Below, one piece after another: positions 42,865 to 54,836 of a stretch of DNA of 64,000 nt. A program made the translations under genes and the position numbers. Under the pieces are notes generated by a model that saw only the letters and a list, made by a program, of their open reading frames with translations, was not told where the DNA came from and did not search any database. The stretch covers positions 96,001 to 160,000 of IMG/VR virus record IMGVR_UViG_3300033463_000010. The stretch is one strand, 5' to 3'. Origin of the DNA: a virus (taxonomy: Duplodnaviria; Caudoviricetes). Position 1 is the stretch's first letter, and each line of letters opens with the position of its first letter.

Positions 42865-45261
42865 GGGGTTCGTCAAAATTATTTTTAGCCGTCCGTCTTG
42901 TCGTCTAGCTTCGCCTTGATAGCCTGCAACGCTTGACCTTTCGTGTAGTTCAACAAAGTATCTGTCTTTTTAAGATAACCGCCAAACTTGTTCAACATAC
43001 AGTCCGTGCATTCTTTCGCAAACTTTGACAGGCACCGCATTGGTATAGTCCCGTCGTCGTCCAACCAATCTATGAGTGCGACGGCACATTCTTCAAAGAG
43101 CCTGTGCTTATACGTTGTTGCAAGCATATTCGGGTCAATGTAGTTGTATCGGGACCACACGGCACCGATTATCATACGGACCGTGCGAACCTTTACTATA
43201 CGGGTATAAATCGGACCGTATCGCCAATCCGCTCCCGTAAGCACCCATTCGTTTTCTGTTGTGAAATCCATATTAGTCCTCTACAACTTCCACGTCCGTG
43301 AAGCGACATAAATCCTTTCTCACTTTTCGGACTTCCATATACAACATATCCTTGACCCACTTCGGCAATTCCTGGGGAACCCCCACGGTCAGTCGCAGTA
43401 GGGTTTCTTTACGCTGTTCGGAAGCCATAGTCCCTGCAACTTTAACGATTTCGTCAAGTAGCTTGTCCGCAATCCTGTTCACGGTAGGTTCAAGGGCTTT
43501 CTGCACTAGACGCTTCGCTTGTTCCTTGACATAGTATTCGTCTTTAAATGACTGCGGGTCCACACCGTAGCTTACCTGGTCATACGGTAGGTGCTTCCAC
43601 AATTCTTCCAACGGATATTCTACGTTTGGTCCTTCCATAGATTACTTGTCCCAATCGGGGTCGTGTTCGGGTTTATGCAGCAGCCCCATTTCTACTGCTA
43701 AATCGTTGTAAACGTCGTCAACCGTGCTGCGGACGGTATCGCACAGCCTGTCAGCGATTTTATTGAAGTAAGTCTTCATTTCCTTTGCGGACGATTCACG
43801 GACGGCATTCACGGGGCTATCCGTCATTCCCCAACAGCCTGTGAACAAAGTTATATCCTTTACTTCCAGGACTTCTTTAACCAGGTCGCCCAACTTGTAG
43901 CCAAATTCGGGGTCATACACTTTGCCCGTATTCAACACGGTAAGGATAGGATTTCCGTTGTTCACATTCAATCGGAAAAACTTTCGGTTACTCTTGGAGC
44001 GATACAGAATGCTAGGCTTAATCTTTGCCATAATGCTTTCTTTTAGAGCGACGGCAAGTTCCCGCTTCAACTGTTCTTCTCTTGTAAGGTTATTAGCACC
44101 CATACTGAAATCCTTTAAGAAATGTGATACTTGCACATAACGTAAAGCAGGCTGATTACAAGGGCACTGATTACGGTAATGCTCAACAGGACAACCGCCT
44201 TGAACGGCTGCTTTCGGGACGCTTCCAGGTAACGACCGTGTTCATATTCCAGGGCTGCGTAAATGCTTGAAACAAGCAGGTAGTCGTCCTGGCTATCGCT
44301 GACACTGTGGGCACGATACTGCTTGAACGCAGCTACACCTTGTTCGTATTTGTTTTGCATTTTGTGTTCCTTTATTTGCAATAAGTTCACGGTAAGACAA
44401 GCCGTTCCGAACCTTCGTCCAAAAGCGGAGTTCCTTTAACGCATTGGCAGGGTCCGTATTGTCGTGTTCGCACAACTTGATTTCCTTTTCGTATAAGTAA
44501 CGCTGATATGTAGCGAACGCTAATTGCAGGCGGTGTAACGCAGCGATAGCGTCGTGGCGTTCCTTGCGAAGTTCTGTGCGTTTGCTGCGGAAATAGTCAA
44601 ACATTTCCGACCATTTCTTGCGTTCGTCAAGGACTTGTCGGGACAAGTCGTCAATGATTTTTTCAACAAGTTCGGCAGGGTAGAAATCCACGTATTCGTG
44701 ACGATAGCCCCCGTGTTCGTCCAAATAGAAATTGCGTTTGTGCCCCTTGAGGCGGTTCATAGCTAATGTCTTTACAGGCATATTACTTTACCCCCTTTTC
44801 ATACGGTATGTCCCGCATAAATCCATTTTCGCCCAATGAAGTCAGCGGGCGATACAATTCAGTGTCAATGCCGATTTCCTGGGCGATTTCTTTTGCAAGT
44901 TGCCATTCGCTGCCCTGTTCGCTGCCGTCAGTGGACCACCTGTCAATGACCCCGGGCTTCAAGCAGACGACAAGCCCCGCCTTTACTGCGGAATCAAAAT
45001 CATTGTCGCCTGGGTGCGTCCGAAGACCCCCGCAGTCCGTGATACCTAAACCCTTGTAACAGTTGCAGTCAAAGTCAAGCGGTTCTTCGTCACCGCCCGT
45101 AAACTTCAAGGTGAAAGTCTTTTCGTCGTGGACGAACGCACAGCGAATTTTCCTTGCTTTGGCTGCACGGACGAGCGAACGCATATCCTTACAGAACTCT
45201 TTTGTAAGCGGGCGTTCACGTTGTTCAATGTTAATGTCATAGTAGTTACCATACATAGCGA

Positions 45262-45867
45262 TTACCCCTGTGCGATAGCTTTTTGCTTCTGTTCAACAAA
45301 GTTCTGCGGGAACACGACACCCTCCAGGTCCTTTGCAGCCTGCATAGCGTCGCCCCAATCAAAGGACGGCTTACGGGTCTTTCCCTTGTTTTCGTCCGAC
45401 GGCTTTGACAGCAGGTCCGCTTCTTGCAGGAACATATAGGACCAGGCTTCCATCTGCTTTTTCAACTGCTGCTTCAACTTCTTTTCGTATGCGTCCTTGC
45501 GGGAGCGATACATAATCATAAGTTCCCGCAGGATTCGGCTGTGGCAATCATACATAGCGTCGTCCATAACCGTTTCAACGTAATAGTGCTTATTTCTGCT
45601 GCCCTTGTAGGAATAAATGTCAAATTGGTCCTTTGTCAAGTGCAGGCGTTCGTAGAAGTATTGGACCACGACCTGCAATTCCTTTCGGGTATAGTAGCCG
45701 AACTCACGCATTTTGCTAGTCCCCGTCACTTCGTCCAGGGTAATGCCGTATCTAGCGATTAGCCTGTCACGCAGACGGATAGCGTTTGCACGTTCGGGGT
45801 CCGATTCGTCGGAAACTTCAATGCGGTATTGCAGGTCACGAAAAATCTTCAAAACTTTGGAATCCAT
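45262..45867 (-). CDS. DUF2786-like N-terminal domain protein
   Basis: ERANAIRLRDRLIARYGITLDEV. Confidence 0.55.
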   Translation of the reverse strand: MDSKVLKIFRDLQYRIEVSDESDPERANAIRLRDRLIARYGITLDEVTGTSKMREFGYYTRKELQVVVQYFYERLHLTKDQFDIYSYKGSRNKHYYVETVMDDAMYDCHSRILRELMIMYRSRKDAYEKKLKQQLKKQMEAWSYMFLQEADLLSKPSDENKGKTRKPSFDWGDAMQAAKDLEGVVFPQNFVEQKQKAIAQG

Positions 45868-45889
45868 AATAAAATCCTTGTAGGGGAAA

Positions 45890-45915
45890 TAGGCGGGGCT
45901 GCTGTGCCCCGCCTG
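45890..45915. terminator. GC hairpin aggcggggc/gccccgcct
   Basis: 9-bp stem after the stop of 45925..46710. Confidence 0.6.
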
Positions 45916-45924
45916 GGGTGAAAC

Positions 45925-46710
45925 TTACTTGGCACGGACCACGATTACACGGATATGCCAACAGACGATATTGTAACCGCCACATTCAATGGAGCGAACT
46001 TCACACTTGCCTGCGGTGCCCGTGAGGAAGCCGTTAATCACGGCATAGCCCTGGGTGCCCGTAGTGACTTCAAGACCGCTGTAATCTTCGGTAGCACCGA
46101 TATAGGACTTGATACGGTGATGCAGGTCCTTGACAAGTGCCTGGGCATCTTCTTTGGCACGAATGTCAAGTTGTTCGTCGGTGGCTTCGGCAACACGCTT
46201 GAGGCTGTCCTGCACGTTCCACATACACTTGCCCTGGGACTTCCAATAGTCGTAGTTGCTCCACTTGCCTTCTTCCTTTAAGGTCTTGATACGCACAACA
46301 GCAATATCCCTGCGGGTCTTGTATTCGTAGGCGAAAGCCTTTGTCAAGTCAACTGCGTAGTTTTGGAGTGCCTGCGGGATAGACTTGATTTCGGCTTCTG
46401 CGTCAGCCTTTTCCTTGCGGAGTCTTTCAAGTTCCATTTCGTCGCTAGTGATTTCACGGGTCCTGCGTTCAATGGATTCACGGGCGTTGTCGGCAGTAGA
46501 AATCGGACCGAAAGCCAATTCCCAATCGTTGAACATCGTGTGGGCGTTGTGAGAATCGTTGCCGTCACCGACATAGGTGTAGCCCTTCTTCGCACACTTC
46601 GCAACAGCGTTGTTGAAGCGGACCTGTGCCTTTGCGATAGCGTCCTTATTCTTTTGAATGCGGGCGTAAGCACGTTCAATGTCTTTGTCAATGGTGCGGA
46701 TATTTCTCAT
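45925..46710 (-). CDS. coiled-coil early protein with C-terminal GGYNI..H.R motif
   Basis: start reset to MRNIRT behind promoter 46755-46783 and accgagga. Confidence 0.8.
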   Translation of the reverse strand: MRNIRTIDKDIERAYARIQKNKDAIAKAQVRFNNAVAKCAKKGYTYVGDGNDSHNAHTMFNDWELAFGPISTADNARESIERRTREITSDEMELERLRKEKADAEAEIKSIPQALQNYAVDLTKAFAYEYKTRRDIAVVRIKTLKEEGKWSNYDYWKSQGKCMWNVQDSLKRVAEATDEQLDIRAKEDAQALVKDLHHRIKSYIGATEDYSGLEVTTGTQGYAVINGFLTGTAGKCEVRSIECGGYNIVCWHIRVIVVRAK

Positions 46711-46754
46711 TTTGGAATCCTCGGTTGAAGTGGTTGTCTTTCCTTTACGCCCTA

Positions 46755-46783
46755 AATATAACAAAATACCTAGTTGTTGTCAA
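46755..46783 (-). promoter_or_regulatory. promoter with aaaatacct/aggtatttt inverted repeat
   Basis: direct match. Confidence 0.9.
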
Positions 46784-47432
46784 CAGGTATTTTAAAAATT
46801 TTTGAATTTTTTTCAAGGTCGCCCACAGCGGTGTCGGGCGAGAACTGAATTTCTGCGTCTAGCCCGTTCTGCAAGTTCCTGGGCTTCCCGTTTACGCCTG
46901 TTGTCTTCCCGTCTGCGACGTTCCGCTTCCTGCTCACGTCTGCTACGGGCTGCACTATCCAGGCAACAGATTGCAGCAGCCCCGAACATAGCTATTCCTC
47001 CACGCAGGTAAAACTAACAGGATAGGGGTAGCGTTCCATATTTTGATTGTAGGCTCCCGCCCTAGTGCTTTGATAGTCCGTCTTGTTCTCAATGGAACAC
47101 TTGATTTTCCTGGGCTTTTCAACAGGAATTTCCTGCTTTATGCAGACGGCTTTCAAGCTAGGGTGCAGGGAGCTGCGGGCAGCTTCGCACTGCTGTAAAT
47201 CCTGGAACGTCAAGCGGGTGTCAACACCCCCTTGCCCTAGATAGACGATAACCAGGACGAATATGGTCTTAATCATAAAGTTTACCTACCCTTATTTTTA
47301 GATATGATTTTTTGTAAATGTCGGGATATTCCTTGCATATTTCGGCAACCTTGTTTTCAGCAGATTTCCTAGATTTGCAAGACGCTAGATACCTATGGGT
47401 TCCACCCGATTCGTCAAACACGTTGTAGATTT

Positions 47433-47633
47433 TCACGGGGCTTCCTCCACGACTTCGTAGCTGTCTTCGGGGAGCAACCGCAGGGAACCCCAGGTGCCCT
47501 TGATATGACCCTTATCGTCAATATGGGTCACGGTCCCAACCTTGCCGATTAGGTTCTTTTCGGAAATCGGCAGGGAGCCGTCGGAGTCCGTGGCGAACCC
47601 CAAAATCCTAATCTTGTCGCCAACCTTTACCAT
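47433..47633 (-). CDS. DUF4314-like SH3-fold protein
   Basis: VGDKIRI...GTVTHIDDKGHI..TWGSL.L.P.D. Confidence 0.6.
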   Translation of the reverse strand: MVKVGDKIRILGFATDSDGSLPISEKNLIGKVGTVTHIDDKGHIKGTWGSLRLLPEDSYEVVEEAP

Positions 47634-49610
47634 ACGTGATACAGCTCCCCATATTCAGCACAGCATTTTACTTCGTTCCAAATTTGGTCCGAAATTTCTT
47701 CAATTTCGGGGTGCTGCTGAAAGGCTTCCCAAAGGGGCTTCGGGTCGTAACATACGTCCACGGGCTTTTGGCAGAACGCAACGATAGCTTCGGGTGTTCC
47801 TTCGGGGAACGTGAACTTGTCGTCACGTTCGTGGACCTTGCCGAACATATACGTCGGGTTGATAAGGCTCTTTTCAACTTTCTTTGCGTCTTCAACAAAC
47901 TGCGAATTGAGAACGGCACCGAAGCACTGTGTCGCAATTTTTTCAACTTCTTCGTAATAGCGGGGATAGCTTGAGCTACCGCCCCAACTAAAATCTACTC
48001 CCATACCTATGCCTCCTTTTCGGGATAAAGTTCTTTTAAGTTCTTACACGCTTTGGCGATTTGCATAATCCTGGCTAACTTGTCGTTGTATGCCTGCATA
48101 GCCTTGATAGATTCTGCACGTTCGTCAAAGTCTTCCTGGTTCAAGTCTGCGTCTAGCACGGCTCCCGATTGGGCAAGCACTTCGGCTGCATACTCAAACA
48201 GACGCTTGTCAATCTTGTCGGGGTCGTCCGTCGTCAAGTGGACGATTGTTTCAGCCCCCGTGTCCCTGGTGTCTGCGAAACAAAGGACTGACACTTCGTA
48301 GGACGGTTTCTTGTCAAAGAAACCCGTGCGGTTCCAAATGTTAAACTGAAACTTTACAGCGTTGAACCTTTCCCTGGAATAGTCCCCTACAAGGTAAGTG
48401 GACGGTTTGTCGTAACAGTCCATATTCCAACCGTTACCGCAGTGACCGATAGGGACCAACGCCTTTTCATTGGTTATCCTATACCAAACGTCAAAGAAAA
48501 ACTTTGAAGTCCCGATACGTTGGGGTCCGAAAATTTTTTCATTCTTGCATACGTCGTGCATAATCAAATCCTTACGGGTAAATGTCCATAACAAGCGGGT
48601 TTCGCTTGTAGCCTGGTCCCGAAATATCCCCCAGGATATACGTGACAGTAAAATTCAGCATTTTCAAGAAATGCGGGGCGAACCTGGGTAGGTCCGAACA
48701 TTCGTCCTGGTAGGCGAACTTCTTACGGGAATCCCCGAAGATAATGTCCGAATAAATCGGGAACGCCTGGTGTGCGTCAACGGGGTTTAGCCCACACAGG
48801 CTATCCAATCGTTTCAGCAAATCCGTAACGTCCGCAGGCGTGAGAATGAAACGCCACTCTTCGTTCTTCGGACGCAGTTTGTAACCCTGGCTCTTGTCGG
48901 ACTTGACAAGGGACTTCCTGTGACGATTGAGAAGCCATTGAGCCAAAACCTTGCTGCGGGAACTTCCCGTGTAAAGGTGCGGTAGCTTTTCAATAGAAGC
49001 CATTTCCTTGAGTGAGTTCACCTTACGCATAAGCGAGAACCACTTGTCAAACTCCGCAGGGGTCACGACCTTGTAAACAGGGATTTCCTCCTTGACGGAT
49101 TTAGCGGAACGCTTACCGTCAAAGACCTCATCCCATTCACGGTTGAGGCGTTCCGTGTCTGCGTCAAACACGGACTGATACTTTTCGTAAAGTTCCTGCT
49201 GATACTTGTCAAACGCATCATCAGCCTTTAAGTAGTTCTTAAAGGAATGTGCGTCCACACGATACCAATAAATGCTGCTGCCCATATACTATACCTCCAG
49301 GCGGTCAAATTCCCCGCCCTTGTCACCCCAGGCTACACCTGCGAACTTTTCCACCCAGGGCTTTTCCGATACAAGCGTAGCCCAAATGTGGATATAGAAC
49401 TTCTGCGTGGAACCCATAGTGAACGTGCGGTAGAAACACCCGCTGTCAGTGACCTTGTAGCCAAAGCCCTTCAAGCGTTCGTATGCTTGTTCAAGCGTAA
49501 TCCTGTTGAACCGCAGTTCCGCAGCCAGGTCTTGTGCGAAAGAAATAAATGCGTCCTTGATTGTGGACATTGGTATATCCTCGGTTAAAGTGGTTGTCTT
49601 TCTACCGTAA

Positions 49611-49639
49611 AATATAACAAATTACCGAACTGCTGTCAA
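49611..49639 (-). promoter_or_regulatory. promoter (regulon member) driving 49289..49570
   Basis: TTGACA-N17-TATATT; caaccactttaaccgagga leader. Confidence 0.9.
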
Positions 49640-49829
49640 TAGGAAAATGAAAAATTATTTCTTTTCTTTCAACCAGGCAACGTTGCCGTCCACCATAACC
49701 TTTTTCGGGTGTAGCAGACATTTGGTCGCTATGGCATCAATCGCAGACGTAAGGACGCTATTCAAGCCTAGTTCCTGTGAAGTAGAAAATTTCTGTTCTT
49801 CAAATTCAATTTCAATTTTCTTTTTCATT

Positions 49830-50684
49830 TTAGTTTTCCTTTGTTATTCGGTTTCTTGTTTTAGGGTCCAACGGGATATTCGGGAATTTCGTTATATTCC
49901 ATTGGGCGGGTTCAACTATTCGGCACCAACGTCGGGGAGTGACAAATATATCCCCGTTAAACAGGTCAACTGTTCCGTCGTCCCGTTTAATTGTTTCGTT
50001 GACATCGCAAACCGTGTAATATCCCTGGGCAGTCTGCACCAGGATTTCGCCACGCTCCGTAGCGTCGTGTTTAGTAGGCTTTACGTCCGCATATTCTAGC
50101 CATTCCGTATAGTGGCAATCCGAGGTTCTTCGGACATACCAATTCATTCTTGCGACCCTGGCGATTTCACCCAGGGGCGTTTGCGGGTCATAGCCGATAG
50201 TGTGCTTTTCGTGCCGAAGCATATTGCAGATAGCGTTGACCGTCCGTTGGTCCAGGGGTTGTTCCCACTGTTCCGTGTTTTCGGTCCCCGTCGGTTTCGG
50301 GGTTAGCTTGTTCTGCATAACCGTGGCACCCTGGCGGGAATACACCGAAACGCATTCCTGCGGGATAGTCTTGAACGTCCCCTGCTGCGTCCTTATGTAA
50401 TAAACGCCCTGCGGGATTTCCTTGTAGTCCTTATAAACCCTGTCGGGCTTTCGGGACTTGTAGGCTTCCCAACCTTTGATAGTTTGGTAGTAGAAAAACA
50501 TCGCCACGCAGGTATAGATAACCCACAGACACGAATTTTCAGTAATCACCATACACGCTAGGCATTCTGCAAGTATCGTCGTTAAGAGCGAACTTACAGT
50601 AAGACAACCGTGAAAACCTTTTGCTAGGAATATCCCGCAAGTGGCTGCGGAAATGACTGTGAGAATTATTGTGATTTCTAGCAT
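49830..50684 (-). CDS. membrane protein, paralog of 50950..51576
   Basis: N-terminal TM helices then Y..Y...P...Y motif. Confidence 0.7.
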   Translation of the reverse strand: MLEITIILTVISAATCGIFLAKGFHGCLTVSSLLTTILAECLACMVITENSCLWVIYTCVAMFFYYQTIKGWEAYKSRKPDRVYKDYKEIPQGVYYIRTQQGTFKTIPQECVSVYSRQGATVMQNKLTPKPTGTENTEQWEQPLDQRTVNAICNMLRHEKHTIGYDPQTPLGEIARVARMNWYVRRTSDCHYTEWLEYADVKPTKHDATERGEILVQTAQGYYTVCDVNETIKRDDGTVDLFNGDIFVTPRRWCRIVEPAQWNITKFPNIPLDPKTRNRITKEN

Positions 50685-50949
50685 AGTGTTATCCCTTATA
50701 GACGGTGGCTGTCAAAGCGTTCGCTAATTTCGTCAAACCGCTGTCGGCAGTATTCAGCGAAGTCGCCTAACGACCATTCCTTATAGACAAATTCTTTGGA
50801 CTTGTAGTCCCCGTAAGCCCGCAGCCTCCATTCGTTGTCGGGATTGCCACAGAACGCCTTTGCGTCGGCTTCGGTTTCTACAAACTTGATAGGGTCACTT
50901 GTCATTACGTGACCGTCTTTGCAGTGTGATTCAACATACAGTGCGAACA

Positions 50950-51576
50950 TTACTTACCCCTATTTTGTTGAATTGTTTTGAGTTTTCCTAGCAGGTCCAC
51001 GACTTGTTCCCTGTTAGGCGTATTGGCTAACATAGCTTCCAGGTTCTTTCGCTGTTGGTCGTGAAGCGTGTAGCCCGTAGCGTCCAAACCTTTGGCGGTA
51101 TCTACGGTTTTAGCTTCGGTCTTCGGCTGTTCCTTTTCGGCTTCGTCCTTTGGCTTGTAAGTGACCCTTGCCATAGCGTGAATGTAAACCGTTTCGCCAT
51201 TCTTGTGAGCCTTCTTCGCTTCGGCTTCGGATAGGACGATACACTTGCCATACTTGCCGACCTTGTAAAGAACCTGGCGAGGAACGTCCAGGTAGGTCGG
51301 GTAATACTTTCGGGGCAGGTATAGTTCAAGCAGGAACATTATTCCGCTATATGCTCCTGCAAGCCCGAAGGCAAGCATTCCCTTGAACGGACTCATACCT
51401 AGCACAGCCAGGAACCTTGTAGGGTCCGTAAACCCATACACGATAAACGCAACTACATACAGCAGCGTTAGGACACGGAACACGGACGTGCCCCTGTAAA
51501 GTCCGTTGCTCTTGCAGATTTCAGCGACGAAGACAATGAGCCACGCCACGATAACGAAAGTGAAGCCTACTACCAT
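50950..51576 (-). CDS. membrane protein, paralog of 49830..50684
   Basis: 3 TM helices, YPTYLDVP..VLY. Confidence 0.7.
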   Translation of the reverse strand: MVVGFTFVIVAWLIVFVAEICKSNGLYRGTSVFRVLTLLYVVAFIVYGFTDPTRFLAVLGMSPFKGMLAFGLAGAYSGIMFLLELYLPRKYYPTYLDVPRQVLYKVGKYGKCIVLSEAEAKKAHKNGETVYIHAMARVTYKPKDEAEKEQPKTEAKTVDTAKGLDATGYTLHDQQRKNLEAMLANTPNREQVVDLLGKLKTIQQNRGK

Positions 51577-52252
51577 TTTTAATCCTTTGTTTGAAGTTTC
51601 TTACCCTTTGACTTCTTCGGGGAAATGTCGTCCCATTCCTTGCGGTGCTTCCTATGCCACTCCACAATATCCCACAGGTAGGGGTTCTGTTCAAAGATTT
51701 CTTCGCAAACCAGGTCCTTGCGGTCGTGGGTTTCCAGGTCGTCCAGGAACTTGCAGAAACGGAGCAGGTAGGTTCGCATAAGTTCGTCGCATTGACAAAC
51801 CCTGCTTGCTGTCGGCAGGTCGCTGCGGGTCCCCAACTTAACTTCACGGGCGAAGTTTTGGAAGTTGGTAAATTCCTGCACGTATTCCAGGACTTCCCAA
51901 ACACACAGTTGTGTGCCCTCCAGGAACTTTTTAGTCAAGAACCTGGGTGTGCCCTTATGCTCGCCCGCCTTGATAGTGTCGGCAGACAAGCGTCTTCCAA
52001 GAGCGAACATACTGCCCCGCATAGTGCTAATACGGTTTTTGTATCTGTTCGCCTGGATTTGGCTAATCGAGGGAATGACCCCCAGGAAGTAAGGGGGTGC
52101 GTTTTCGTCCATTTCGGACATTTGACAGAGAAGTTCCTTTACGAGAAGTGCCCCTCTGTCGGATTTCAAGATTTTCTGCATCGCCCCGTATTCTTCCAGG
52201 GTTACGTTTTTGATATTGGAGTCCTTAAAAAGATTACTCATAGAGTTGCCCT

Positions 52253-52585
52253 TTAATTGAATTGACGGACAATCCAGGCGGGGACCAATACGTGAGTGCC
52301 TTCCTGGAACGAACCGTCGGGGTTGACATAGAAATTGTTGGTGATAACTTTGCACTGCGACTTCGGAGCATAGTAGAAGCGTCTGCTGCACTTGCCATCC
52401 TTAAAGAGTGGCGTGTAGTCAAAGCACCAGGCTTTTTCAGTTTCTTTGCAAGCCACTTCAACCCAACAGTCAATGTCGCCCAACTTGACCTGTTCCATAA
52501 CGGGCAGGTTGTTAAATTCATTAAAGAACTTGACCCAATCGGCAGTTGTTTGGATTTTGTCAAAGCATTTAAAGTTGCACTTCAT
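52253..52585 (-). CDS. hypothetical early protein
   Basis: start MKCNF behind promoter 52626-52654. Confidence 0.75.
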   Translation of the reverse strand: MKCNFKCFDKIQTTADWVKFFNEFNNLPVMEQVKLGDIDCWVEVACKETEKAWCFDYTPLFKDGKCSRRFYYAPKSQCKVITNNFYVNPDGSFQEGTHVLVPAWIVRQFN

Positions 52586-52625
52586 TTTGCTATCCTCGGT
52601 TAAAAGTGGTTGTCTTTCTACCGTA

Positions 52626-52654
52626 AATATAACAAAATACCTAATCGCTGTCAA
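52626..52654 (-). promoter_or_regulatory. promoter (regulon member)
   Basis: TTGACA-N17-TATATT with aggta box. Confidence 0.9.
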
Positions 52655-52672
52655 TAGTAAATTGAAAAAATT

Positions 52673-53036
52673 TTAATGAAAATACCGCTTGAACTCCGTG
52701 CGGGTGTTCTTCACCTGGAAGACTCCCCAACCGTATGTAGTTTCCCGAAGTATCTTGTTATCGTAGTCGTGATATTCCTTGTATCTGCGACGGTATTTGT
52801 CAAAGTATCGTTCCAGGGCGTGTTTGGAGTTTGCAGCACGTATTACCGCATTAGGTTCGGCACTGTCCCAAAAAAAAGCCGAAAAGCCGTTCACTTCTAC
52901 GGATTTCGTAAACGTCCCAGGTCCGCATTTTCTTACGAAGTCCCTTAAAGTAGTGCCTGCTATCATACGTGAACCACAGGGCTGCTCCCGTGATAATCGC
53001 CAGGATTGAAAGAATTATGACTGCTGCGAGCCACAT
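52673..53036 (-). pseudogene. N-terminal-TM protein split by one extra T in a T8 run
   Basis: removing one T joins ...RLFGFF to WDSAEPN...KRYFH*. Confidence 0.6.
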
Positions 53037-53882
53037 ACGTCCTCCGAAAGTTTACGTCCGCATACGGGACAAAAGTTAATCGTGACTGACACTACTGAAT
53101 TGCCGTCCTTGTTGTCTATGACTGTTAAGAAGCAGTCGTGTTCGTCGTCAACGGAATGCGTGACAAATAGTTCATAGCGGTTGTCCCCGCCCAGGAACAA
53201 ATCCACCTTTGCCCTGTCTTCACGGTTACGGGCATCACCATTAAATTCTTCGCAAAACTTACACATCCTGGGACTTCTCACGTTCACGTAATTTAGCCGA
53301 TTCTTCCCATTCAACGTTGGGGTCAAACTTCGGGTAGTTTTCAATTTCTTCTTCGCTCACTTTCTGTTTGAACGTCAATCGGGCATACTGCCGACATACG
53401 GGGCAGTAGTCGTTTTGCCAATCCATAAGGCTGTCATAAGCGATTAGGGATTTGCATTTTCCGCATTTGTAGAGTCTGTTCCACAGCATTTCTTATACTC
53501 CCTTAAATCACGCCCGCACATCGGGCAAAAGTTAATCGTAGCACTTTCGTCGCCATAACACTCTATACGAAAACCCGTCGGGCTTTTATACAGGTGGAAG
53601 CGGTCGGTGCAGTCCCAAAAGTCTTCCCCGCTTATATCCCTGCCAATATCACCAATCAATTTTTCGCAATACTCACACGCCATTATTCGCCCCCGTGAGG
53701 TCCCTGCCACAGACGGGACAGAACTTGATTATGGCATAGATAGCACCCTGGTCCGCATTCAAGGAATACACCCCGTCTTTCGTGCGGTCAATGTAAATCC
53801 TGCTGCAAGACTGTTCCCCGCTTATATCCAGGTCCACGTTGTATTCGGGCAGCGGGTCGTTATGTTCACAATACTTACACAT
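53015..53882 (-). CDS. cluster of Zn-ribbon proteins (53015-53266, 53259-53489, 53444-53683, 53673-53882)
   Basis: CxxC...(F/Y)CP(M/V)C motifs. Confidence 0.75.
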
Positions 53883-54488
53883 TTGTTTTTACCTCGGTTT
53901 TATAGCACCATTTCCAGGAACCGCTAGACTTCACGTAACGGATTCGTCCCTTGTAAAAGAAATGGAACCCGTCTTTGTTTGCCCCGTCCTGGTTTCCATA
54001 GTTGCACATATACACAGTAGTTGACGAATCAATGAACCCGTCTTTCGGGGGAGCCACATAAATCCAAACGTCACATTTCGGGCGTTCTTCGTCAAATGTC
54101 TTCCAGGGTATAGTCACGGTTTCGGTAATCATTTCAAGCAGTCCCCATTTGCGTAGGGGTCCACGCATTCAATCGTGATTTCGTCTTGATAGTGCGTGAT
54201 TACGTCCACGATACGGAATACCCCGTGCGTCGTGTTGACATACACTTCTGCGTCCAGGTTTAGTGCGTGACTTAATTTATTTAGAAGTTCGTGTCCGTCC
54301 ATTTTTCTTTTCCTTTAAAGACCAGGCTATGAATGCGTCGCTACACGTTTCGTATTTCTGTTCCTTACGTTTGCCGTCTGCATAGCAGAACGACTTCGCA
54401 GGGCACGTCTTACAGTTTTCGTTCATTACGGATTCAATGAGCCTGCTAATGTTCTTTGCGTTTCTTACAAAGTGCTGCAAGTTGTTCA

Positions 54489-54836
54489 TTACTGCTCCCA
54501 GGTGATTACAAAGTATTTCTTACCAGGCTCCGCACCCCATTCGGGTCGTCCTGTATCAATGCGGATTTTCGGTTTCTTGAACACAAGCCGTCGGGACATA
54601 TCGTCTTTCTTCGGATAGCTCAAGGTGAACACAAGCGTGTCAAAGTCCTTTCGGATTTCAAAGTAAATGGACCCCGCAGGATTAAGCCACGGTTGGTTAG
54701 GGTTCTTTTCGTAGCACAGGCGACTATACCAAAATTCTTTCAGTTCCCTGTATTCTTCAAGTTTGACCCCGCTCTTAATAAGGTCAAACCATTCCTTTTT
54801 CAAGGACAACGTAAGTGTGGTGCTTCTTTTTCTCAC
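54489..54836 (-). CDS. ASCH/PUA-like domain protein
   Basis: LTLSLKKEWFDLIKSGVKLEEYRE...W..RL; G..EWGAE....YFVI. Confidence 0.75.
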   Translation of the reverse strand: MRKRSTTLTLSLKKEWFDLIKSGVKLEEYRELKEFWYSRLCYEKNPNQPWLNPAGSIYFEIRKDFDTLVFTLSYPKKDDMSRRLVFKKPKIRIDTGRPEWGAEPGKKYFVITWEQ